Shown: positions 9,171-16,973 of the stretch, piece by piece
Position numbering within the stretch: position 1 is the first letter of the stretch
Layout: every line of letters begins with the position of its first letter
Origin: an uncultured Candidatus Saccharibacteria bacterium
Lineage (GTDB): Bacteria; Patescibacteriota; Minisyncoccia; CAIUEV01; JAHKAQ01
NCBI GenBank assembly: GCA_964598205.1
Contig: CAZRBB010000001.1
Coordinates: forward strand, 92,199-156,198
DNA length: 64,000 nt
Reading direction: 5' to 3'
The notes under the pieces: generated by a model
What the model saw: the letters and a program-made list of their open reading frames with translations, nothing else
Databases searched by the model: none
Told to the model about the DNA's origin: nothing
Program-made: the position numbers and the translations under genes

Positions 9171-9332
9171 ATGGGGAGGATTCAAGATCATATTATAAAG
9201 TTAAAATGTCGCGATTGCGGAAAGCTAAGTCATTTTACTAAGAAAAATAAGAAAAAACTTAAAGAAAAGTTAGAGCTAAAAAAGCACTGTCCTTTTTGCC
9301 GAAAACACACCACACACCTTGAATCCAAATAA
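9171..9332 (+). CDS. rpmG: 50S ribosomal protein L33 (53 aa), missing from the ORF track
   Basis: The translation MGRIQDHIIKLKCRDCGKLSHFTKKNKKKLKEKLELKKHCPFCRKHTTHLESK matches the L33 pattern (C..C..NY/F.T.KNK...LELKKYCP.C.KHT.H.E.K). Confidence 0.8.
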   Translation: MGRIQDHIIKLKCRDCGKLSHFTKKNKKKLKEKLELKKHCPFCRKHTTHLESK

Positions 9333-9361
9333 AAACAGATTAAAAACTTAAATAATTACCT

Positions 9362-9703
9362 ATGAAGATTAAGCTAAATAAAGAAAAGAAGGACTACTCT
9401 TTGTTCATTTACTATTCCTTTATTTTTTTACTGAGTTTTTTGACCGGATATCAATTAAAGCTAATCTCCTCCCGCTACCTTACTGTGGGTTTTGAAGACC
9501 GCTTACTTAAGACTGCCAAAAGCGATTACAATTTTAAAGAAGTGGAGAAAAAAATAGAAGAAATGAAGAAAAAAGCGGAAAAAGACGCCGCAGAAGCCCA
9601 AAAAAATGCAGCGGTTAATCCGGATCAAGCCACTGGTCAACCAGGATCGGCAAGCGCACCGGCTACTCCAGTTCAAACTGGAGGTTCTTGTAGCAGTCAA
9701 TAA
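9362..9703 (+). CDS. Hypothetical small membrane-anchored protein with a Lys/Glu-rich and a Pro/Ala-rich tail
   Basis: ORF with an N-terminal TM helix. Confidence 0.35.
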   Translation: MKIKLNKEKKDYSLFIYYSFIFLLSFLTGYQLKLISSRYLTVGFEDRLLKTAKSDYNFKEVEKKIEEMKKKAEKDAAEAQKNAAVNPDQATGQPGSASAPATPVQTGGSCSSQ

Positions 9704-9745
9704 TCAAAATTGAATTTAATTCAAGAATTTTAATTTCAAACATCT

Positions 9746-10864
9746 ATGCACGAATCAAAGGAAAAATCTAAAAAACACGAAGAAGAAATAGAGTCCAAAG
9801 AAGAAGTCGCAGAAGACAGTCCGAAATCCAAAAAGATGAATAAGCAAAACATGGTTGCTGCCTTAATTGTCCTTTCTGGTCTTTTTGTGGGCAGTCTTTT
9901 TGTAGATGCAGCGCAGATGGTAAGAGGTGAGGGGATTTCGTTGCGGAAACTAAAAGACAAAGATGTCTTTACGGCTCAAAACAAAACTTGGGTAGCTTAC
10001 AGCGATCCAATTGTTACCATGACTGTTTTGAGTAGCGATAGTTGTGAAAATTGCCAAGTAGAACCAATTATTGACGCGGTTAAAAAAACTTCCATTCCTA
10101 CTCTAAATGTTAAAAAGGTGTCTTCCGATAGCGAAGAAGGCAAGGCACTTGTTAAAAAGTTCGGTCTAAAAGCGATTCCTTCTTTTATTTTTGATGCCAA
10201 AATTAAAGACTTAGCTTTTTTTGAACAAGCCAAATCAGCGCTTACAGAAAAAGAAGGCTCCTTTGTGCTAGAAAATAGTTTGGCAGGGATTCCTTACGGA
10301 AAATATTTAACAGTACCCGAGGCTGATCCAGCCGTCGGAATTTTAGGCAATAAAGACGCTCAAGTTAAAGTCGTGATTTTTGGAGATTTTCAATGTCCTT
10401 ATTCCAAGCAGTTCGCCGACTCTTTTGACAAAGTTTTTCCAGAATTTAAAGATAAAATTCAAGTTTCTTTCCGCCAATTTCCACTATCTTCCATTCATTC
10501 ACAGGCCGAAAAAGCAGGGCTGGCAAGCTTATGTGCTAACGAACAAGGTAAATTTTGGGAAATGTACCATGGACTTTTTGCTAACCAAAAAGATCTCAGC
10601 ACAGCAGGGAAAGAAGACGCTCTGTTCACTAAATTGGCAAAGGACAATGGCCTAAATCAGGCCCAGTTCGCCAGTTGTTTAAAAGACGAAAAATATAAAT
10701 CAGCAGTTTTAGCCGATGAAGCATTAGCTAAAGAGTTCGCTCTGTCTGGAACACCAGCCGCTTTTGTGGGTAGTCAATTTATTGGTGGGGTAGTAGACGA
10801 AGCAAAGATCAAAGAAATCATTGAAACAGAATTGGGAATTAAGAAAGAAGATCCAAAAAAATAA
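9746..10864 (+). CDS. DsbA-family thiol:disulfide oxidoreductase (membrane-anchored, thioredoxin fold)
   Basis: FGDFQCPYSKQF carries the CxxC active site in a thioredoxin context, after an N-terminal TM anchor. Confidence 0.7.
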   Translation: MHESKEKSKKHEEEIESKEEVAEDSPKSKKMNKQNMVAALIVLSGLFVGSLFVDAAQMVRGEGISLRKLKDKDVFTAQNKTWVAYSDPIVTMTVLSSDSCENCQVEPIIDAVKKTSIPTLNVKKVSSDSEEGKALVKKFGLKAIPSFIFDAKIKDLAFFEQAKSALTEKEGSFVLENSLAGIPYGKYLTVPEADPAVGILGNKDAQVKVVIFGDFQCPYSKQFADSFDKVFPEFKDKIQVSFRQFPLSSIHSQAEKAGLASLCANEQGKFWEMYHGLFANQKDLSTAGKEDALFTKLAKDNGLNQAQFASCLKDEKYKSAVLADEALAKEFALSGTPAAFVGSQFIGGVVDEAKIKEIIETELGIKKEDPKK

Positions 10865-10892
10865 AAAGCAAAAGCTGATCTAGTTAAAGACT

Positions 10893-10922
10893 TTTAAAGA
10901 CCCGGTTTTTTCCGGGTCTTTT
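10893..10922 (+). terminator. Rho-independent terminator (agacccgg-tttttt-ccgggtct plus a T-run)
   Basis: Perfect 8-bp GC-rich stem followed by a T run. Confidence 0.6.
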
Positions 10923-10951
10923 TTGTCTTTCATGACTGATGGTTGTATAAT
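10916..10951 (+). promoter_or_regulatory. Promoter of the PFOR operon (TTGTCT, 17 nt, TATAAT with an upstream TG)
   Basis: Consensus -10 TATAAT at 10946-10951. This implies the TTG at 10943 is not the real start. Confidence 0.4.
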
Positions 10952-10975
10952 CCAGGAAAAGTTTATAATGAATTT

Positions 10976-11542
10976 ATGTTTCAAGCGATTATTCATGGTC
11001 GGGGCGGACAAGGGGCTAAAACAATGGCCCAGTTATTAGCCGAGGCGGCGATCAAAAGTGGTCGGTTTGCTCAGGCTTATCCAGAATTTGGTCCAGAAAG
11101 AACGGGTGCCCCGGTTAGGGCTTTTTTAAGAATTAGCGCTGAGCCTATTCTAACCAAGCAACCAATCGCTGATCCCAGTCTAATTGTTGTTCTAGATGAG
11201 TCTTTGCTTTTTTTACCGCAAACATTAGAGAATCATTCTAAAGAAAAAGAAACTATCCTGCTTATCAATACGGCCAAAGAGGAATCAGAAATTAGAAAAG
11301 AGCTTAGAAAAAAATCATTCCTAGGAAGAGTTTATACTGTTGATGCCAAGGAGATTGCCTTTAATTTGGGAGAGCGGGTTCATTTTTCTGCTCCAGTAAT
11401 GGGGAGAATTGTTAAATTAACCGAACAAATATCGCTTTCCGACCTAAAGAGGCATTACGAAAAGAAATTCACTCAAAAATTAGGAGAGGATCTTTTGGAA
11501 AATAATCTAAAGGCCATGGAAGAAGGATATTACGGGCTTTAA
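10976..11542 (+). CDS. porC: Pyruvate:ferredoxin oxidoreductase gamma subunit
   Basis: MFQAIIHGRGGQGAKT is the N-terminal signature of PFOR gamma. The start is an ATG downstream of the -10, not the TTG at 10943. Confidence 0.8.
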   Translation: MFQAIIHGRGGQGAKTMAQLLAEAAIKSGRFAQAYPEFGPERTGAPVRAFLRISAEPILTKQPIADPSLIVVLDESLLFLPQTLENHSKEKETILLINTAKEESEIRKELRKKSFLGRVYTVDAKEIAFNLGERVHFSAPVMGRIVKLTEQISLSDLKRHYEKKFTQKLGEDLLENNLKAMEEGYYGL

Positions 11543-11550
11543 TTAAACAT

Positions 11551-11817
11551 ATGACACTAAAATCTTGGAAAGAAATTCCTATTGGTGGATTAATTACAAA
11601 ACAGGGGAGTTCCCAAAATAATAAAACTGGTTCTTGGAAGCAGAAAAAGCCAGTGATTTCCTTGAATGACTGTATTAAATGTGGCCGTTGCGTTTCGGCT
11701 TGCCCAGAGCGCTCTATTAAATTAGAAGATAAAAAAATAGAAATCAATTACGATTATTGCAAGGGTTGTGGCCTTTGCGTTAATGAATGTCCTAAAAAAG
11801 CGATTAAACTTATTTAA
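11551..11817 (+). CDS. porD: Pyruvate:ferredoxin oxidoreductase delta subunit (2x[4Fe-4S] ferredoxin)
   Basis: Two CxxCxxCxxxCP motifs (CIKCGRCVSACP, CKGCGLCVNECP). Confidence 0.8.
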   Translation: MTLKSWKEIPIGGLITKQGSSQNNKTGSWKQKKPVISLNDCIKCGRCVSACPERSIKLEDKKIEINYDYCKGCGLCVNECPKKAIKLI

Positions 11818-12993
11818 ATGTTTTCTAAAAAATCAAAATATCAGGCATTAACAGGGGCAGAAGCGGCGGCAGAAGCCATGCGCCAAATCAATCCAGAAGT
11901 AGTACCGGTTTATCCGATTACACCTCAGACTCCGATTGTGGAAAGATTCGCCAAGTTCAAGGCGGATGGTAGGGTGAACACAGAAGTAGTAACGGCCGAA
12001 AGCGAGCACTCGGTAATGAGCATTGCAGTTGGTGCCGCCGCCGCCGGAGCCAGAGTGGTAACGGCATCTTCTTCGGCCGGATTAGCTTTAATGTACGAAA
12101 TCTTGGGTGTTGCTTCCGGGTTGCGTCTTCCAATTTTAATGAACATTGCTAACCGGGCGCTTTCTTCTCCTATTAATATTCATTGTGATCATTCCGATTC
12201 CATGGGGGTTCGTGATTCTGGCTGGATTCAGATTTATTCAGAAAATCCCCAAGAAGTTTACGATCACAATCTTTTGGCATTGATGCTTGCCGAGGCGGCA
12301 ATTTTGCCAGCAATGGTAATGCAGGACGGATTCATTACTTCTCACTCGGTAGAAAATGTGGAGTTGTTGCCAGACGCCAAGGTAACCAGTCTTTTAGGAA
12401 ATTATCGGCCAGCTTTTTCTCTTTTGGATGCAGATAATCCAATCACTGTTGGTGCTTTGCAACTTACCGATTATTATTTTGAAACCAAGCGCCAACAAGT
12501 AGAAGCAATGCGGGCCGCTGCTGTGCTTTACAAAGAAACGGCCTTGGCCCTGTCAGCGCTAACCAAAAGAGAATATCCTAAAATAGAAAAGTTTAATCAA
12601 AAGGGGGCCAAGCGGGCAGTAATTGTGATGAGTTCCACGGCAGGAACGGCCAAAGCGGCTGCTCTTCGATTCTTAGAAGAAACTGGAGAAAAAGTAGCTG
12701 TTTTAAAAATTAGACTTTTTCTTCCTTTCCCTAAAAAAGAATTACAAGAGGCAGTAAAGGGATTAAAAAGAGTAGCTGTTTTGGATCGGGCACTTTCCTT
12801 TGGCTCAGGAGCGCCTCTATTAAAGGAAGTAAAAAACGCTCTCTTTGATCTTCCCAAAAGACCAGAGGTTACAAGCTATGTTTTTGGCTTAGGAGGGAGA
12901 GAGATTTTTGAAGACAATATTATTTCTGTTTTTAAAGATCTAGGTAAAAATTCAAAAACCAACAAAGAAAATTATATTGGCCTAAGAGAATAA
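11818..12993 (+). CDS. porA: Pyruvate:ferredoxin oxidoreductase alpha subunit
   Basis: Position in the gamma-delta-alpha-beta order, plus PFOR alpha-like sequence (YPITPQT..., ALMYEILG...). Confidence 0.85.
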   Translation: MFSKKSKYQALTGAEAAAEAMRQINPEVVPVYPITPQTPIVERFAKFKADGRVNTEVVTAESEHSVMSIAVGAAAAGARVVTASSSAGLALMYEILGVASGLRLPILMNIANRALSSPINIHCDHSDSMGVRDSGWIQIYSENPQEVYDHNLLALMLAEAAILPAMVMQDGFITSHSVENVELLPDAKVTSLLGNYRPAFSLLDADNPITVGALQLTDYYFETKRQQVEAMRAAAVLYKETALALSALTKREYPKIEKFNQKGAKRAVIVMSSTAGTAKAAALRFLEETGEKVAVLKIRLFLPFPKKELQEAVKGLKRVAVLDRALSFGSGAPLLKEVKNALFDLPKRPEVTSYVFGLGGREIFEDNIISVFKDLGKNSKTNKENYIGLRE

Positions 12994-13004
12994 TTTTTTA
13001 TTTT

Positions 13005-13940
13005 ATGACTTCCCAAGATAAAATTCAAAAAAAAGAAAGCCCTTTGGCTCCTGGTCACCGAACTTGCGCCGGCTGCCCAGCTCCCATGATTGCCAGAGAG
13101 GTCTTAGAAGCTGTTGGAAGTCCGGTAGTAGTAGCCGCCGCCACTGGTTGTTTGGAAGTAGCCACCACTATTTACCCGGAAACTAGCTGGCGGGTGCCTT
13201 TTATTCATTCCGCCTTCGAAAATGTTGCCGCTACTATTTCTGGTGTGGAAGCTGCTTATAATGCCTTTCTTAGAAAAGGAGATTCAATGGGAAAGCTAAA
13301 TCTTAAAAAAGACTTTAAGTTTATTGCCATTGGTGGTGATGGTGGAACTTACGACATTGGTCTCCAAAGTCTTTCTGGGGCTCTAGAAAGAGGGCACGAC
13401 TTTCTTTACATTTGTTACAACAACGAAGGCTATATGAATACTGGCGGTCAACGGTCTGGGGCTACTACCAAGGGATCCGGCACTACTACTACTCCCTTTG
13501 GAGAAAAAAGCAGTGGTAAAATTCAGTTTAGAAAAAATTTAATGGAAATTGTTGCCGCTCACAATATTCCTTATTGTGCTCAGGCCAGTATTTTTGATCG
13601 ACTGGATTTAAAAAGAAAAGTAGAGAAGGCCCTTTCCCTAAAGGGTCCAAAATTTATTAATGTACTTTCTCCTTGTCCAACGGTTTGGAAATTTCCACCG
13701 GCCGAACTAAAAACAGTCCTTAAGCTAGCGCTCGATTCCCGTTTTTGGCCAATCTATGAAATAGAAAACGGAAAATACCGGATCAATTATCGACCCCAAG
13801 AAGCTGCTCATCTAGAAGATTTCCTAAAAACTCAAGGAAGATTTTCTCATCTCTTTAAAAATCAATCTGGCATGCGCGTTATAGAAGAACTCAAGCGAAG
13901 AATTGATTTAGAATGGGGCGCAATTGAATCAAGAAATTGA
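13005..13940 (+). CDS. porB: Pyruvate:ferredoxin oxidoreductase beta subunit (TPP-binding)
   Basis: GHRTCAGCP and GGDGG...N TPP motif. Confidence 0.85.
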   Translation: MTSQDKIQKKESPLAPGHRTCAGCPAPMIAREVLEAVGSPVVVAAATGCLEVATTIYPETSWRVPFIHSAFENVAATISGVEAAYNAFLRKGDSMGKLNLKKDFKFIAIGGDGGTYDIGLQSLSGALERGHDFLYICYNNEGYMNTGGQRSGATTKGSGTTTTPFGEKSSGKIQFRKNLMEIVAAHNIPYCAQASIFDRLDLKRKVEKALSLKGPKFINVLSPCPTVWKFPPAELKTVLKLALDSRFWPIYEIENGKYRINYRPQEAAHLEDFLKTQGRFSHLFKNQSGMRVIEELKRRIDLEWGAIESRN

Positions 13941-13972
13941 AAATTAAAACTCCTAAAAATCCTTTTTCCAAA

Positions 13973-14893
13973 ATGAGACTGTACCTAACAGAAGTCTGTA
14001 ATCAGAACTGTTCTTTTTGTTTTAACAAAGAAAACAGAAGAAAGAAGGAAATGGATTTTCAAAAATTAAAGAAAGCGCTTAACTGGCTCAAAGAAAATAA
14101 TTATCCTCGAATAAATATTATGGGAGGAGAGCCATTGCTTTACTCCCGTTTTGAAGATTTTTTTATTGAAGCTCAAAAAAAAGAATTTCATTTAACCCTT
14201 ATTACGAACGGAACAATAGCTTTTCCTAAGAGATTGAATCCCAGAGAAGGGGACGCTGTTCTTTTTAATGCTAGCTTCCTAGATCATCCTTTATTTCTAA
14301 AAAACCTAGCTGGTTTTTCCTCTAAATTTTCTGCTTTAGGTTTTAGCCCAGTACTGGTTAATGATTGTAAAATAGATCAACTATTATCCAAGGTAGAAAA
14401 ATTTTTAGTTTTTACTGGGAAAAATGGGATTCCTAAACAAAAGATTAGCTTTACTCTTTCCCTAGATTGCAGGGCTAATATTTTTAAAGAAAAGAAAAAA
14501 CTAAATGCTGATCTCTTAAAAATAGTGGAATTTTTTTCTAAAAATAAAATTAGTTTTAGTTCTGACCATTCAGTACCGCTTTGTTTTTTTGAACCACGAT
14601 CAAGACTAATCCTAAAAAAGAACAGAGTATTTTCTCACCATCAATGCCACCAACAGAGCGCAGGCGTATTAGATGCAGATTTTCGGTTTGGATTTTGCTC
14701 GGTTTATCCTGGAAAAAGATTTCCATTGTTCAAGAAAAACGGAGAGGCAATTTCCTTTTCTGATTATCAAAAGAAGATTGAGGCGATTTTTAAAGAAAAG
14801 ATTGAATCAAAAAAGGAATCTCTTTGCTCTCAATGTTCCGAGTGGGGAGAAAAGTGCAATGGTGGTTGTTTCCCTAATGCCCAAAAAGTGTAG
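13973..14893 (+). CDS. Radical SAM protein with a C-terminal SPASM domain; likely same operon as porCDAB
   Basis: CNQNCSFC (CX3CX2C) at the N-terminus, a GGEPLL motif, and a C-terminal CX2CX5CX3C (CSQCSEWGEKCNGGC). ATG at 13973 (the track's 13937 is a TTG overlapping the porB stop). Confidence 0.7.
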   Translation: MRLYLTEVCNQNCSFCFNKENRRKKEMDFQKLKKALNWLKENNYPRINIMGGEPLLYSRFEDFFIEAQKKEFHLTLITNGTIAFPKRLNPREGDAVLFNASFLDHPLFLKNLAGFSSKFSALGFSPVLVNDCKIDQLLSKVEKFLVFTGKNGIPKQKISFTLSLDCRANIFKEKKKLNADLLKIVEFFSKNKISFSSDHSVPLCFFEPRSRLILKKNRVFSHHQCHQQSAGVLDADFRFGFCSVYPGKRFPLFKKNGEAISFSDYQKKIEAIFKEKIESKKESLCSQCSEWGEKCNGGCFPNAQKV

Positions 14894-14970
14894 CCCGTTT
14901 TTAGTATCAAAAAATAGCCCTTTGTTTTTTATGGAAAAAATTATATAATCAAAAACAAATCAATCTTTTA

Positions 14971-15004
14971 GCGATTTTAATAAAAAGCGATTTTAATAAA
15001 AAAA
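14971..15004. repeat. Tandem duplication of agcgattttaataaaa upstream of the Cys-rich gene
   Basis: Two adjacent 16-17 bp copies. Confidence 0.5.
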
Positions 15005-15018
15005 ATAAAATTAAAAAA

Positions 15019-16569
15019 ATGAGTAGGAAAAATTTTTCTCTATTAGGAATCTCTTTTTTATTTTGTTTTTTATATTTTACTAATACTGCCAAAGCCGCTT
15101 GTGGCGGAGCTTTACCGTCTTCTTCTTGCGATGATAGCGGTCATACTCTAAGCACTGGTGCTAGTCCTTGGCCAAGAGCGGCCACTCTTTCTAATAGTTC
15201 TGGTTTCGGTAATTGTATCGGAGATAGCTGCACTGCTACCTCTTGTACAACCTCGGGCTCTGTGACTTCTGCTTTTGGGGCAATCGGAATGAGTTCTTCG
15301 GCCGTTGGTCCTTCAAGAATTCTTTCTTGGACTTGTTCGGCCACTGCCTGTAATTGTCCAGCTGGTGACTCTCACTATGCTTGTTGGTGTACGGATTATG
15401 ATGCCAATTCTGGTTATCCTAGCTGTAGTGCTTCTAGCAGCATAGCGACTTTTTCAGACACTGCATCTAGCCCCATTTATAATTTGCCGGTTTCCGTTAT
15501 TAGTGGCAATTGGAACTACTGTGGTCCCGAAAATCCTTCAATCACCAATCCTATTAATCCGTTACCAGCAGGAGATCCCCGAACAAGATCAAACGCTTGT
15601 TCTTGGACTGCTCGACCAGCGGGAAATTGTGGCAGTATTCAAGCAATCGATTACAATATTTCTGATGGAACAAAGACCTTTGCTTGCGTCAGTCGAGATA
15701 TGGACGGAGGTTACGACAACTACAGTTACAGCTTTAAGATGAAGGAAATAGGTTCAGCCAATCCAGAAATCGAATGTCTTGCTGGGGCCTGGAATAATAC
15801 CTCTGGTGGTTATTGTCGAAAAACAGGTCCTGGTACTAATCAAGTTTATTTCCGCTCTACCGATCCTCGTGCACAATATCAAATGACCTGCACTGTTAGC
15901 GACGGCGTTGGATCTACTGACTACTCTTATAATTTAATTAGAGTTGGCTCTGCTGATGCTGTTAGCTGTGCCATGTATCCTTCCAAGATAGCTGTTTGTT
16001 CTGGGGAATCGGTTTCGGTAACCACAGAAACCCAACCAGAAGCAGCTACTGTTTCTTGGACTTGTCCAACTTGCCCTAGTAGTCCTTCGGGAGTCACTAA
16101 AGGCTTTAATTTGAACTTTGCCACCGCTTCGGCAGGATCTAAGTCCGTTAACATGATGGTTACCAGCGGTGCTGATACTGGAGCTTGCACTACTGCCGTT
16201 AATGTTCTTAATTCTTCTTGCGACGCCCAAGTAGCAGCGGTAGCCCCAGCAACCCTAGGCAGCTTGATTCCTGGATCCCAAGTCACAATTACCGCCGATC
16301 GTTCTTGTTTTTCAGCGGCTGCAGGTACCCCTTACTTGTTTAGTATTACAAAAAACGGAGCAGCGGCAGTTAAAAGCACGGATTATCGCGATATTGCTGG
16401 AACCACTGGGGCACAACAAGCAGCTTCTTCTGTAACCATTGAAATTATTCTACCCGGTCAATATGGTGTGAATTTAACAATTCAAAAAGATGATGGTGGT
16501 ACTGTGAGTTGTAGCAATGAATTCTTAGCCAACACCGAAGCTACTGAATGGTGGGAAAGAAGGCCCTAA
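15019..16569 (+). CDS. Secreted Cys/Ser/Thr/Gly-rich protein (516 aa) with a signal peptide and repeated SWTCxxC motifs
   Basis: An N-terminal signal peptide ending AKA, then more than 35 Cys. Composition is distinct from the neighbouring genes, and the antisense ORFs are artefacts. Confidence 0.55.
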   Translation: MSRKNFSLLGISFLFCFLYFTNTAKAACGGALPSSSCDDSGHTLSTGASPWPRAATLSNSSGFGNCIGDSCTATSCTTSGSVTSAFGAIGMSSSAVGPSRILSWTCSATACNCPAGDSHYACWCTDYDANSGYPSCSASSSIATFSDTASSPIYNLPVSVISGNWNYCGPENPSITNPINPLPAGDPRTRSNACSWTARPAGNCGSIQAIDYNISDGTKTFACVSRDMDGGYDNYSYSFKMKEIGSANPEIECLAGAWNNTSGGYCRKTGPGTNQVYFRSTDPRAQYQMTCTVSDGVGSTDYSYNLIRVGSADAVSCAMYPSKIAVCSGESVSVTTETQPEAATVSWTCPTCPSSPSGVTKGFNLNFATASAGSKSVNMMVTSGADTGACTTAVNVLNSSCDAQVAAVAPATLGSLIPGSQVTITADRSCFSAAAGTPYLFSITKNGAAAVKSTDYRDIAGTTGAQQAASSVTIEIILPGQYGVNLTIQKDDGGTVSCSNEFLANTEATEWWERRP

Positions 16570-16768
16570 TATAGGTCTTGACCAATTCCTATCAAATTGC
16601 TAGCATTTCCGCGTAGTTATAAAAAAAGATGCAAAATAACCATCGCCCAAATTTACCAAAGACCGCCCTCTATTTATGGATTGTCTTTATTGTATTGTTT
16701 GGACTCGATTCGGGCGGTAGTTGCAAGTTCTCCTCCGTATAAGGAAAGCATCAAAAGAGATTACAACC

Positions 16769-16800
16769 GCCGCCCGGATTAAACCCCGGGCGGTTTTTGT
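16769..16800 (+). terminator. Terminator: ccgcccgg-attaaacc-ccgggcgg plus TTTTT
   Basis: Perfect 8-bp GC stem followed by a T run. Confidence 0.55.
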
Positions 16801-16804
16801 TATA

Positions 16805-16866
16805 TAAGGATTTACGCGCTTAGCGCGCATTTTTTGGTCAAAACCTGCGTTAAGCGCGTAAGTCCT
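16805..16866. repeat. Imperfect 21-bp inverted repeat (aggatttacgcgcttagcgcg / cgcgttaagcgcgtaagtcct) with an internal GCGCGC-tta-GCGCGC hairpin plus a T-run
   Basis: 19/21 complementary arms separated by about 22 nt. A related cgcgtaag motif occurs at 1823 and 18499. Confidence 0.5.
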
Positions 16867-16973
16867 AAAGCAGAACTTTACAAACAGTGTTTTTTCTCAG
16901 GGCAATTGAGCTTTGGGAAACAAAAACGCTTTTAGGTTGTTAAAAACGAGTAAAAACGAGGGAGGTCAGTACA

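Noticed and set aside
10943-10975. TTG start for porC proposed by the ORF track
   Set aside because: The TTG overlaps the consensus -10 TATAAT of the operon promoter. The ATG at 10976 gives the canonical MFQAIIHGRGGQG N-terminus.
13937-13972. TTG start giving translational overlap of the rSAM gene with porB
   Set aside because: An in-frame ATG at 13973 places the CX3CX2C triad at the usual distance from the N-terminus. The TTG extension adds only Lys-rich residues. Operon membership is still likely either way.
15141-16286. Antisense ORFs (67-119 aa) inside the Cys-rich protein gene
   Set aside because: They are fully embedded opposite a long, well-supported ORF with a signal peptide. High local GC inflates the antisense open frames.
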